Below are positions 42,081 through 54,432 of a DNA stretch of 64,000 bases, one piece after another. Source of the DNA: Podarcis muralis. Taxonomy: Eukaryota. The stretch spans positions 14,756,001 to 14,820,000 of the forward strand of contig NC_135670.1 of NCBI RefSeq assembly GCF_964188315.1, given 5' to 3'. Position 1 is the stretch's first letter. Each line of letters opens with the position of its first letter. The position numbers and the translations under genes are program-made. The notes under the pieces are model-generated. The model ran no database searches and had not been told where the DNA came from. It saw nothing but the letters and a program-made list of their open reading frames with translations.

Positions 42081-45000
42081 ATGGATCGACTGAAGGTCCC
42101 CCGCACCAGAGAGCTGGAATTTGGAGGCGTCCTAGGTGAGGGGAGAAGGCTGAGCTCAGGGTGGGTGTGTGCAGGCAGAAGAATACTGTTATAGATTGGG
42201 TGCAGGGGCTAAACCTTAGAAATTAGTAAATGGTAAGATTTTTATTATTTGGGGATGCGATACAGGCTGCGGAAGAATTCCTGAGCTATACTATGCCAAA
42301 CGACCTGGCCAAGCTTAGGGCCGTTAAGAAACAATACAGGGTTATTGAGGGCCATTGTCAATGCAAGAGAACTGTCCTTCTCCCCGCCCCCCACTTGCCC
42401 TGAGTTGTGAACAGAGACTGGGAGTTCAGAAGGTTGCCAGGATAACTTGGTGTTGTATGACAAGAAAAGATAATTTTTAGCAAGGTGTGCTGGGAAGAAG
42501 AAGGGGGAGAGAAGAAAGACTGGGATCCATCTTGGGCAGGCTGGCTGAAGGCTGGCTGGGAGAGATGCCAGGGCTGCACTGCTGTGGGGGACAAGCCCCT
42601 CTTGAGATGACCATGCTTTAAGATCTGGACTCCATGCAGACTGAAGGTGTAAATAGGTGAATAAACCATATTTCTTAAAGCTACGACAGTCTCCAAAGGG
42701 AGCCTGGGTGAGTGCCTGGAATCCCATGGACTCTGGCTACTGCTCGGCAGAGAGAGGGGGAGGCACTCAACTTTTGTAACTATACCTTTCTCTCATCCCT
42801 CCCCAGGAATCCTCTATTAGGGAGGCTTGGGAATGGTGTGAGCAGGGGATGCAGGACTCCTGGGTTCTGTCTCTTCCCCTTTCTGACCGCTCCATCTTTT
42901 TTCATCACAGGGGCTGCCCTCCTTATCGTCCTGATGCCCACCACTGTCTTCTACCTCCTGTTGACTTGCAGAACGGAGCAGGCCAGCCTGTTGAACATCC
43001 CCTATCCTTTGCCCACCCTCCGCTCCCTGTGGGACCCCCGGGACTTTGCCCTAGTCTTGGCCTGGGTTGGATTGCAAGCTTTCTTATATATGCTCCCGAT
43101 GGGGAAGGTAAGAAGACCTCCACACTCTCAAGGGATTTTTCCTGGCTTCTGCCACGGACTCATTCTTGCCTGCGCTGCAGTAGGGTTCTGCAGCCTGGCC
43201 TCAGTTTTCCTCATCTGCACAATGGGGAGAAAGGCTAGCTGGTCCTACTAGTAAAATGGCAGAAATGGGGAATTGACATCAGAAAACAGCGGCAGCCCTT
43301 GGCTGCAGAGGGACCCTTGAGTCGTGGGGAAAGGCCAAAGCAGCCCTCTGTCTTTTTATTTTCCCAAAGTGCATTTTGAGCATTCCTCTCCCACCAGAGA
43401 TGCTTCCCCCTGGCTCCATATAAAGCAGAGTTTCCCAAATGTGGGTCTCCAGCTGTTGTCGGGCTACAACTCCCATCATCCCTAGCTGGCAGGACCAGTG
43501 GCCAGGGATGCTGGGAATTGTAGTGTTAACTGTTGGGAAATTGTGTACGTGCAGCTACTCACACAGAGTCAGTTAAGGTTTGACAATCTGAAGGAGTAAG
43601 TCTGCCTGGTGATAACAGAGACATGGGGAGAGCTCCCTGATTGGTCAAGCTCTTTGTAGGGAGTGATAATTAATGGCCTCCTAACTGGAATGTGTTAGTT
43701 CAGTATTCAGAGCTCAGTGTTCAGAGTTCTGTGTGTCAGTGTAGGAGTTGTGAGTCGTGTCAGAGAGAGCTAGCAAAAGATCCGTGTTCTGTTCCTGTAA
43801 ATAGTCCACTGTATATAATAAACACCTAACTACAAGTTCCTGCTTCCTGCTTCGTCTAGCCTGTCTGCAGCCAAGTCGCCAATTGCTTCCATGGATTCTG
43901 CGTGTACTCTGCTAGGTCTGGCTAAGCTCCTGCAACTAGTCAGAAAGTTGCGAAACACCAAATAGGTTTTGCCAATATTAACAACAGCTGGAGACCCAAG
44001 TTTGGGAAACCCTGATATAAAGAAAGCACCCTGCTTTCAGGCAGCCCTGGCAACACAGACCCCACCACCGCTTTCTGCATCTGTGTGTGTTTTCAACAGC
44101 TCACAGAAGGGACCCCCCTGCGAGACAAGACCCGGCTCCAGTACCGGATTAATGGTAAGTGCCCCCCACCCTTAGGAAAGGTCCCCCAGAGGTGAGACGG
44201 CCGCCAGGGGTGTTGCTGGTGGCTCTCAGCAATGGGGAGGGATGTGGTGCTGAGTGGCCTTTCAGCGTATCCCAGTGTTTCAAGACTGAGAACATTTTAT
44301 TAAACGCCACCTCGTGATTCTCCCCAAGTTTAGCCATATCAGTATTGGCTTAGGAAGGCAGGGGGGGGGGCAGGAGGGATGATAAATTGATGTCTGGTTG
44401 TTGTTTGTTTGCCCCACCCTCCTTCTCCCCCTGCCCTACATTTCTCAGGGTGCCATGCCATGGTGGTCACAGCGCTGGTGGTTGGAGCCGGCCTGGCGGC
44501 TGGACTGCGCCTCAGCTACATCCACGACCATTTCCTGCAGTTGGCCTTCTCTGCCTCCCTCGTGGCCTTCGGACTCAGCGCCCTCCTGTACCTCAAGGCC
44601 TTGCTTGCCCCACAGGCAGCCCTGGCCCCAGGCGGGAACTCAGGTGAGGTGCGAACCCTGACACTGGGCTCCTTCTGGCCTCCTTTGACAGCTCCACCTC
44701 GGCAGGGACTAGCGACTTGATGGGCATGGCCAAAACCCATCAAATGTCCCGTGTCTGGTGCAAGCTGGTGGTGGGGTGGCAGGAAGGAAAAGGAAGGGGG
44801 GAAAGACTGAAGCCGTTATCTCCTCATGTGAATTGGCTGGCAAAATCGGATAAGGACCGTCTCCCGGGGATGATACGCCATTTAAAAAAATAACAGAGAG
44901 ACCTGCAGTCCTTTTAAGGCTCATTCATTTCTTTTTTATATATATAATATTTTATTAAATTTTCAAATACAAAATCAACAATCTACATACAAGATCCCTT

Positions 45001-48000
45001 CACCAAAGAAAAAATACACAAAAAAGTCAGAACAAGAAAAAAACAAAAGAAAAGAGAAAAACTCAAAAAGAAGTAGAATAAAAAGATTAAGAATACAATT
45101 TTATATAACCAACTGGACTTCCTCACATCTCCTTTACCCCGCATTATTTATAATAAAGAAAAACCAGCAAATTATTACCTTGTTTCAAACCTTATTCTAT
45201 ACTTTCCAAATATTTTACTTCTTGATTTAAAGTGATTTTTATCAATTACTCATACCTTAAAATTAAACATAATATTGCCTTAAATTTCAACCTTGAGGCT
45301 CATTCATTTCTAGAGGCAGGAGTTTTTGCAGGAAAACGTCCACCACTTATGTAGCATTATTCTTGCTGATATTATTGTTATACAGCAACGGTATAAAAAT
45401 CGCTACGTGTAAAAATGATAAAATACCCAGGGGACGCAAATTGTTATTCCCAGTTGGCAATTACCTCTTCGTACATGTAATTTGCATCGTTATGAACACA
45501 CGGGAAAATGCGAATAGGCCAGAAAGGTCTTTGGGAATGCAAAGGGCTAAGATCACCCAGGGAGCTTCATGAGTGGGGATTTGAACCCTGGTCTCTCAGG
45601 TCCTAGTCTGGCTCTTTTACACTGAGACATGGTGACTATAAGATCAGCTGCAGAGCATTCTGGGAGGCTGTGTGTTCTTCCTCTGGTTTCTGAGCATATA
45701 CAGTGGTACCTCAGGTTACAGACTCCGCTAACCCAAAAATAGTACCTCAGGTTAAGAACTTTGCTTCAGGATGAGAACAGAAATCACATGGCGGCAGCAG
45801 GAAGCCCCATTAGCTAAAGTGGTACCTCAGGTTAAGAACAGTTTTAGGTTAAGAATGGACCTCCAGAACAAATTAAGTTTTTAACCCGAGGCACCACTGT
45901 ATGCTGAAAATGTGGGCACAACGTTCTGCCAACACTTCCCTGCTTCACGGGGGTGCAGCTGCCTAGAGGGGGGTGTCAGAACCACCTCCCCAAAGTGTTT
46001 TTGACGGCGATTTCTCCTGCTTGCCTCTTTCCCCATCCCACAGGAAATCCCATTTATGACTTCTTCATGGGCCACGAATTGAACCCACGGATCAATACCT
46101 TTGACCTGAAGTTCTTCTGTGAGCTGCGCCCAGGTCTCCTCGGATGGGTAGGCATCCCTGCACTGGTAGCAGAAGGCAGGGTTGGGGAGCGACCCCTTTG
46201 TGTTGGTGTGGCAGCGCCAAGGAGTGCCCCTCCCCCCATACTGGAGGGTCCGGATCGCTGGGGATCAGGCAGCCGACACAACTGGGATCCAGTATGGTGT
46301 TGTGGTTGGAGTGCTGGGTGCGGACTGCGGAGATGCGGATTCAAATCCGCCTGTAGAGCAGGTGTGGGGAAGCTTTGACCCTCCAGATGCTCCTGAACTA
46401 CAACTCCCTTCAGCCCCAGCAATGGCCAATGACGACAGGAGTTGTAGTTCAGCAATATCTAGAGGGCCGAAGGTTGCCCACCCCTGCCATAGAGCTGGCA
46501 GCAACCTCCCCTAACCGGGTGGCCTTCAGATTGTTTTCACGTCTTTCGGGGCCATGCTCTCGCAGGAGCCAAAATGGGACATCCCAGGAGCCAATCGGAA
46601 GCCAGAATGGCTTTGTAATTCTGGGGTGTCCTGCTTAAAACAGGACATTTGAGGGGTATGCCACAAGCGGTAGCTTTTGCTACTACTAATGGTGATGAGG
46701 ATAATACTGCTTTCCCCCCTCTGCCACCCGCTGCTTCCCTGCTCTCTCGTAGGCCCTGATTAACATGGCCATGTTGGTGAAGGAGACGGAGCTGAGAGGA
46801 AGCCCTTCCCTGGCGATGATCCTCGTTAATGGCTTCCAGCTTCTCTACGTGGTGGATGCCTTATGGCACGAGGCAAGTCTGGCCAAGGGTGGGATCTGAA
46901 CTGGCTGGCCTGCTGGCCTGAGTTTTGCAAGGAGCCTTAATTCTTCAGTTTCTGCCACGGAGATGCATCACAGGAACTGCCAGGCTGAGCTTACAAATGA
47001 CACCCATGTATGGGTTTTTTTTGGTGATTTCCTGCACTTCCTTCCATAAGGACTAGAAACTTGCTTTTGTCTTTTAAAAAAGGAACAGAAACAAAAGCAG
47101 GGATTTCCAAACTGCTCCCCTTCCCTAGTGTCGATTTCAGTCAAGCCTCCCAGGGGCTCAATAAACCTTCTTTTGCCTGCTTGGCTGTAAACAAAGAACA
47201 CAAAAAGAGAAATTGACACAACGTGTGCATGTCGGGCTGTTTTCATCCTAGTGGACCTCAATTCTGCTCATGTTCCTCCTTCTGAATTTGGGGTGCGCCC
47301 CTGGGGGAGGAAGGCTTACCTGTCCTCCCTAGTACCTGCTTCCTCAAATCACCTGAACCTGTTTGACTGTAGCCACTTCTCTGAAATGCACCCGCTCCCC
47401 AGTGTGTGGCTTGCAGTGGGTTTGTTTAGTGGGGACTGAGAGTTGGTGGATTTTCCTGGGCCAGATTTAAAAAGGCAAATTTTCTTCCTTCCCAAAGGAG
47501 GCTGTTCTTACCACGATGGACATTGTCCATGACGGTTTCGGCTTCATGTTGGCTTTCGGGGACTTGACGTGGGTGCCCTTTTTGTACACCCTTCAATCGT
47601 ATTTCCTCGTCACCCACCCACAGAAGCTGAGCCTGCCCATGGCTGGGGGCATCACCCTGCTAAATGGTGAGTTGGGCGGCAAACAGGGCCTCTGAGCATG
47701 CTCAGAATATATTTTCTTCCCCTCCAAGCTTCAGCAACTTTATTTTCTTTTCGTGTCAGGGGTCTAATAACGTAGCCAACTTGCTCTTAACTAAGCTTCC
47801 AGAATGGGAAGGGATATAAAGCCTTAATCAATTGATAGTAAAGAGTGGGGTCTTTGTACATTTAAAAACAAACAGGCAATATTCACAATTTCCACTGTGT
47901 CAAAGATAGGCAGCCCCTCTTTGCAGAGTGCCCCTACCCAGTGCCTAAGCTGGGGTGTGGATTGTGCCTGCTACCCGGAAACAATTATTTCCTGAGTTTG

Positions 48001-50255
48001 GGAGGGCCAAGGGAGAGGCTGTGCATAGGGTGCTAAGAGAAAGAAAAGCAAAATTAATGTGGCTTGAAACATATCTATGCAAATGTGCATGTTTTAATTA
48101 TTTCTTTTCCTAGCCCTGCCCCTTCAGCCCACCCCAGAGCTCAAACTCTCTCTCTGTCCACCCATTCTTTCTCTCTAGCTTGCTTTGCCCATTCATGCCA
48201 TCTCACTCTCCCCCCGCCCCCTTCTCAACCCTGCAGGCCTGGGCTACTCCATTTTCCGTGGTGCCAACTCCCAGAAGAATGCCTTTCGCCGGAATCCTGC
48301 CGACCCCAAAGTTGCTGGTTTGTCCTCCTTTGTAACTTGTGGCCTGTTTGAACCCTGCTGGGAGACACACAAGCTGTGCCCTGCGCCTTCACAACCTTTG
48401 GCCTCTAACGTTCCTTTTCTTAAAATGCATAGCCGTGGCTCACGCGGGCAAGTGCCTCAGAAAAGCTCCTGCATTTAAAATCCAAATGCCATCGCTTCTG
48501 AAGAGGAGTGGGTGCCTGGGCATCGTGTTTTGCCTGTGGGGGGGAGGTGGAAAATTGGGCATTGCTTTCCTCCCTGTTGTGAAAACAGAGCATGGCTGGC
48601 CTCCTGCTTTTGCAGGACCTGCACGCCTTGTGAACCCCTTTGTTCTCACAAGAGAAATGTTGTTTCCTTGCAGGACTGCGAACCATCCCCACGGCCACAG
48701 GACGGCGCCTGCTGGTGTCCGGCTGGTGGGGGTTTGTGCGGCACCCCAACTACTTAGGAGACCTCATCATGGCTTTTGCGTGGTCCTTGCCCTGCGGTAA
48801 GCGGGAGCCTCTCTCCCCCTCCGTCAATATCCAGACCACACTCTGTAGGGAGAGAATCTCAGTGCCCGGCCCACTCACCAGGGTCACACAACACCATTAC
48901 AGGCAATTACATGACCTTGCACATAGTGTGTGCCAAGTTGCCAAAGGCACAGAAAGGAGGACAGGGAGACAGCATCTCCTCAGATAGACAAAATTGCTGT
49001 GCTTCTTTAAAGAAAGAGAGAACCATCATATACATTTTGACGCAAATTCTGAGGGTGCAGAGTTAAGCAGCGCCCGTTTTCCGATGTCCACGACTCTCAT
49101 GGCCTTTTGAGTAACCGCTGAGAGGCTCTCAAAATCCTCACTTTGGAGAGAAACAAGCAAAACACGTTGAAAATTAAACATACCCCTTATAATTTCATGT
49201 TATGCCCTGCAAAATCCCAGAAAGAGCTTTCCCATCACCTTCCATCCTTTCAAGGCTTAACCCAGGGAGCGGGAGCCTGCAGTTGGGCTCCCACCTCCTC
49301 ATCCCTGACCATTGGCCATGCTGGCTGCTGCCGGGGCTGATGGGAGTTGTAGTCCAGCAGTGCCTGGTGGGGACCCCTGCACTGGCCCCTGTTCCTCGCA
49401 GTAACCCAGCAGGCAAAGAATGGCATTTCATTTGAAACACTATATGTATGTTACACAGGAGTTAAAGGTAAAGCATTAAGATCCACATTACAGCAATACC
49501 TCTGTTAAAAAAGGTAAAGGTAAAGGGACCCCTGACCATTAGGTCGAGTTGTGACCGACTCTGGGGTTGCGGCGCTGGTGTACAGCTTCCGGGTCATGTG
49601 GCCAGCATGACTAAGCTGCTTCTGGCAAACCAGAGCAACACATGGAAATGCCGTTTACCTTCCCGCCGGAGCGGTACCTATTTATCTACTTGTACTTTGA
49701 CGTGCTTTCAAACTGCTAGGTTGGACCGAGCAAAGGGAGCTCACCCCGTTACGGGGATTCGAACCGCCGACCTTCTGATCGGCAAGTCCTAGGCTCTGTG
49801 GTTTAACCCACAGCGCCACCTCCGTTAGGCCAGCCTAAATGTTACAAAATAGTTTGGAAGCTTTCAGGGTTTCCCCGCCCAAACTGATCAGGCTGGACCT
49901 TAAAAGCTGGGTTTGGGGCGAGGGGGAAAGAGAGAGAAAAGGCTGCTGGTGCCGAGAGACCCCTTTTCTTTCTCTCTTCGCCACCCCTAAATGGGATTCT
50001 CTGTGCCTCCTTGCACTGAAATCTGAAGTGGTTCCTCTGTGTCCCAATAGCCCGCCCTCCCCAATGGCCTCCCCATTCTGTTTCCTCTCCTCAGGTCTGA
50101 CCCACATCCTGCCTTACTTCTATGTCCTCTACTTCACCATGCTTCTGATTCACCGGGAAGCCCGGGACGAGCACCAGTGCCTGAGGAAGTATGGCCTCGC
50201 CTGGCAGGAGTATTGCCGCCGCGTCCCTTACCGGATCTTCCCCTACCTCTACTGA
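42081..50255 (+). CDS. TM7SF2: Delta(14)-sterol reductase, 10 coding exons, 419 aa
   Basis: Exons 42081-42135, 42911-43107, 44100-44154, 44449-44643, 46044-46147, 46753-46872, 47498-47666, 48237-48317, 48674-48796, 50095-50255 (1260 nt). ERG4/ERG24 motifs [62 protein letters not shown]. Lacks the LBR Tudor N-terminus. Intron 6 has a GC donor. Confidence 0.96.
43531..43977 (+). mobile_element. Solo LTR (447 bp) nested in a hAT MITE
   Basis: TGTTGG...CCAATA ends, 5-bp TSD TTAAC (43526-43530 and 43978-43982), internal TATATAATAAA near 43811-43821. It splits a MITE whose halves lie at about 43426-43530 and 43978-44017. Confidence 0.75.
44933..45295 (-). mobile_element. 5'-truncated L1-like retroposed fragment
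   Basis: T-rich tail at the left edge. 16-bp TSD AGGCTCATTCATTTCT at 44917-44932 and 45296-45311. Confidence 0.75.
45701..45899. mobile_element. Tigger-like MITE, copy 4
   Basis: TA|CAGTGGTACCTCAGG ... GAGGCACCACTG|TA, internally deleted. Confidence 0.85.
46359..46486. mobile_element. Short hAT MITE
   Basis: CAGGTGTGGGGAA ... GTTGCCCACCCCTG ends with an internal ACTACAACTCCC/GGAGTTGTAGT hairpin. Degenerate 8-bp TSD ctgtagag/ccatagag. Confidence 0.7.
49510..49822 (-). mobile_element. Sauria SINE
   Basis: (AAAGGT)n tail complement at the left; body GTTTACCTTCCCGCC...GGTACCTATTTATCTAC...GGATTCGAACC...CACAGCGCCACC, characteristic of Sauria SINEs. Confidence 0.85.
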
Positions 50256-50711
50256 GCCATTGCTTGACAACTCAGCTCTCGCCCTGGTCACCACAATGGA
50301 AACCCACCTTTTCTGCCTGCCTGGAGAAGCCCATGCCCACACGGGCCCAACCAAGGAGAGGAATTGGTGCTGTGGTCCTCACTGTGGGGTCACAACCCCC
50401 CTCCCCACCTCTGGGAACTGTGGGGAGGGGGGGGTCCTCAGCCTGCTGCAGCTTTGTTTCCAAGACCCACTCAGACAACATGGCCTGCTTCTTTCAGGAA
50501 ACAAGAGGCTCTCTTGCATCCTATCTATTGCCCGTCAGGACATTTCGATCTAGAAATCGCCTTCTTTTGTCAAGCCTGAATTTGCAAAAATTTAACCCAC
50601 AAAGATCATGTGGGCAAACTCTGTGTTGCTGGTTTTTAAAAAATCCTTATTCTGTGCAGACAGCAAGAGCCCAGATTACACGACTGGAATTACTGTGTTG
50701 ATCTTTACATA

Positions 50712-50895
50712 CAGTGGTACCTCGGGTTAAGAACTTAATTCGTTCTGGAGGTCCGTTCGTAACCTGAAACTGTTCTTAACCTGAGGTACCACTTTAGCTA
50801 ATGGGCCCTGCCGCTGCGTTCTTAACCCGGGGTAATATTTTTTCTGGGTTAGTGGAGTCTGTAACCTGAAGCGTCTGTAACTCGAGGTACCACTG
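50712..50895. mobile_element. Tigger-like MITE, copy 5
   Basis: Same TIRs with TA flanks, internally deleted. Confidence 0.85.
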
Positions 50896-52614
50896 TATTT
50901 ATTTTGTTTCTACAATGCAGCAGAGCACTGAGCTATACATCAAAGACGTTTGGCAAGCTGCAACCAACTGGAAGTGCTGCTCTGACTCTTTCTCTGGCCT
51001 CTGAGATTCCACCGCAATTCGTTTTGCAGCAATAAGAACTAGAAGCATTTTCAGTTAATTAAGGAAACTTTTTTTAAAAAAACAGAGATCTTTGGCATGC
51101 ACAATTTCTGTGAACAGTGCTACTAACCTGTGGAAAAGGCAGATTCCTGTTTACTGCAAGTTAAGAAAGCTGTACTAACTGAGAAACCTGACATATTAAA
51201 CAGAACTTAATTTATTTTGGGATGGGGAAAATAGCTAACTCCACTTTTTGACTAGGGATGTCACTAGACATTCAGAAAGCGACAAAAAAACTCTCAATCT
51301 GGATTTTGAATGATTTCTAATCAAGCTTGGATTTTGGGGACTAGATTTTAGCAACCACTGATTTTGGTAACCGAGGTTCAGGTTTATTAAAGCAGCTTTT
51401 GAAAGTCAAATGTTTATTGAACAGCAAATTAACACCAGGGAACTTTCTGAGTTTTTGTCAGGTTTAACCATTTTGGCTAGGCTAGGGGAATGTTTGCAGT
51501 CAAGTCTGCAGAATTTCAAATTTATGCAGAATCTTAATTTAGGTTTAGTTGGGCACTTCATGTGTGCATGGAACAGCTGAAAGAGAGCAACCTTTTTTCT
51601 CTGTCTTACACCCACACCCCAACCATTTGCTAAAGAGTCAATGGAAACATAACAGGGCAGTAGAAGGAATTGGAGCACACCAGAGTTGTCTGTAGATGCT
51701 GATGGGTTAAGGATTAAACTGGATTTCCCTGGCTGGGTGGGAAATTAGGGGGGGTTATTTACTTGCATTTTTGAAAGGGGTGGGAGAAATGAGCAAATGT
51801 AACTTATTTTAATAAATAATATATTCAAAGCTCTGCGGGGTTTGGAATGTAATTTTGGCAAAGCTGCTGCTCCACACTTCTTTGAGGACATCAACAGTGA
51901 ATGCAGAGTCCACACAGATATTACCAAGAGGGTATTTTTCTCCATATCATGGTTGCATACAAGAAAGCTGCCAAAATGCTGTAATTTCAGTAATGACAGT
52001 GATGGACAGCTAATTTCCCTCAAATCAACAGATCACATGTTCACTTATTATTTTACAACAAGGAACACACCTTTGTGTTTTAATATGCTGACTCCAGATT
52101 ATTAAACTCTAAACCCATTGGCTGTTAATACTTCCGCTAGGTGTGCCTTAATCCTAAAGCATGTTCTCAGAAGTGAGGCCCACTGAGTTCAATATCCATT
52201 CACACTTTGTAAGATTCTTCCCAATCAGGGCAGTCTGGAGGGTGGCTACTCAATGTATTTACTAGAATGTAAACTCTACTAGATACAGTGGGATCGTCCT
52301 TATCCCAACTAACCACACATAGGATTGGGCCATTGATTAAAAAATGGAACAAAAACAGCAAGAAAGTCCACCAATTTATTACACCAGCAGCCCCCACAAG
52401 TGCCTCTTGAAACCCAAGCCTCGCTCCATTTCAAGGTGTTAACATGAAGTGAGACAGAAAAGGGGCTAATCTTGTCTAATCCAATATGTGATCCAGTTTA
52501 CAAAGTATTCAATTTCCTGCTCCAAAGCCTAATCTCGTTTCAGCAGGAGGACTCTCCCCCAAATCCCTCCCAGGCCAGCTGGTGAGCATCTGACAGCTGT
52601 CAAAGTTCCTGAAT

Positions 52615-53844
52615 TCAGTCCAGTTCTTCTATCAGGGGCTTCTTAGGAGGAGGCACTTTGGCCCCCCACATCCGCTCCAGTTCCTGGCTGACAGCCCCCA
52701 CCTCCTTGACCATGTCTAGGTGGGCATGGTATTCCTGCTGCACCTCCAAGGCCAGGAGGCTCAGAGCCACCTCGTTCTCATTCACCCAGGAGAGCAAGAA
52801 CTCGCACTTCTTCTGGGCCCCAGAGATTCTGGCTCGGTCCTGGGCAGGCAGCCGCCTCTTCCCTTTGCTCAGCAGTCGGGCCATGTGGGCGAGGGCAGCC
52901 AGGCTGAACCCCTTTTGCTGGGCCTGGCACTCCCCCATTAAAATCTGGGCCACGGCAACCATCACCTCGGCATTGCCCAGCAGGCATTCCGGGTATTGCC
53001 CCATTGCCAGGGCCTGGAGGGCGGCTTGTAGGGCCTCGGCTGTAGAGTGGAAAACCTGCTTGGCCCCCAAAGCCCCAGAAACGTCAAGGACCGTTTCGCA
53101 AAACTCAGGGAGCATCTCTGCCTCGTCCGCCTCTCCGTTGTACAGCGCCAAGGCGTAGGCATAGGCATAGAGAACATTGGGCAGCTGGAAGCGGACTAGA
53201 GGTGAGGCAGGAGTACGAGTCAGGGAGGCCAGCGGAGGGATGGAGGATGGCAACGTGGGTACTGCTTGCTGTCGAAGCCTCCGGGTGCCGGTGGGAGAAG
53301 CCTCTTCTGTGTGGGTGGTAAGTGGTGGCTGTTGCAAAGAAGCCTCTGGGTGCCGGTGGGGCTCCGGCTCCTGAGCATCCCTGGAGTCCCCCTGGAGCTC
53401 CTGGATCAGGGCAGTGCCATCGCATCTCCTGCCCCTCAGCCACCAAGGCTCCCAGGCAGGCAGGAGTCCCGAGATCTGTCCGCTGCTCAGCAGCCCCTGG
53501 AAGTGCTTCCTCTGGCCGGGGCTCAGCTGCTCCCACAGCGCCTCCTCTTGCTCCACGTCGGGGTTGAGGCCTAGCGAAAGGTCCTCATCCCCAGGCTCGC
53601 GTAGCTCCTGCAGCCGCAGGAGGGCCTCTCTCAGGCGGCGCTGGGAAGCCTTGTCCCCCCGAAGGCCCCGGAGGCTTAGCTCCAGCTCGCGGCTCTGGAA
53701 GTCCTGGGCGCAGGAGCCGTGGTCCCGGTAGCAGGGCACGGAGCAGAAGCGGAGGTGGCAGCGCGGGCAAGTGTAAGGGGCTCGCCCGGCCTGGCAGTGC
53801 CCGCAGGGAAGGTCCGGCGCGGGACTCGAACCCGCGGAATCCAT
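52615..53844 (-). CDS. ZNHIT2: Zinc finger HIT domain-containing protein 2, single exon, 409 aa
   Basis: Intronless ORF with a HIT finger (CGHC...YTCPRCHLRFCSVPCYRDHGSCAQDF) right after MDSAGSS and C-terminal KPLIEELD*. Start chosen at the ATG at 53844. AATAAA on the minus strand at 52375-52380. Confidence 0.93.
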   Translation of the reverse strand: MDSAGSSPAPDLPCGHCQAGRAPYTCPRCHLRFCSVPCYRDHGSCAQDFQSRELELSLRGLRGDKASQRRLREALLRLQELREPGDEDLSLGLNPDVEQEEALWEQLSPGQRKHFQGLLSSGQISGLLPAWEPWWLRGRRCDGTALIQELQGDSRDAQEPEPHRHPEASLQQPPLTTHTEEASPTGTRRLRQQAVPTLPSSIPPLASLTRTPASPLVRFQLPNVLYAYAYALALYNGEADEAEMLPEFCETVLDVSGALGAKQVFHSTAEALQAALQALAMGQYPECLLGNAEVMVAVAQILMGECQAQQKGFSLAALAHMARLLSKGKRRLPAQDRARISGAQKKCEFLLSWVNENEVALSLLALEVQQEYHAHLDMVKEVGAVSQELERMWGAKVPPPKKPLIEELD

Positions 53845-54234
53845 GTCGGAGAAGAGGCAGCCGAGGAACGCCGAGCGCGTTCGGGAATTTCCGGCAGCAG
53901 CCTGTGTAAAGGGTTTCCGCGTTAATACCTTGCTGCGAATCGGAAGTTTCCGTTCATTCTCGGGCCGGAGAGCGCCGAGCCCCAGAAGGCTGTGCGCGCG
54001 TTCCTTGAAAACTGGTTTCCGCGCAGACGCACGCACGTATGTAAATCTAGCCACAACAGTGCATTGTGGGAGGAAAATCGGAGCGAAGACCGGGGAATTT
54101 AGGGCATCTGAATACATAAATCTACCATAATTGGATATGGAAGCATTGCTGTTCTACCAGAGCGGTTTATTGCACCTGCTTTGGAGAGGCCACCATATCC
54201 TTCATAGCAGAGCCAAAGAGTGCCCAGGAGGTGC

Positions 54235-54432
54235 NNNNNNNNNNNNNNNNNNNNNNNNNNNNNNNNNNNNNNNNNNNNNNNNNNNNNNNNNNNNNNNNNN
54301 NNNNNNNNNNNNNNNNNNNNNNNNNNNNNNNNNNNNNNNNNNNNNNNNNNNNNNNNNNNNNNNNNNNNNNNNNNNNNNNNNNNNNNNNNNNNNNNNNNNN
54401 NNNNNNNNNNNNNNNNNNNNNNNNNNNNNNNN
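54235..54432. other. Assembly gap, 198 N
   Basis: Run of N. Confidence 1.

Noticed and set aside
53845-54117. 91-aa in-frame N-terminal extension of ZNHIT2 (500-aa ORF)
   Set aside because: It runs through the ETS-rich promoter region, and family members begin shortly before the HIT finger. Treated as chance openness in GC-rich DNA.
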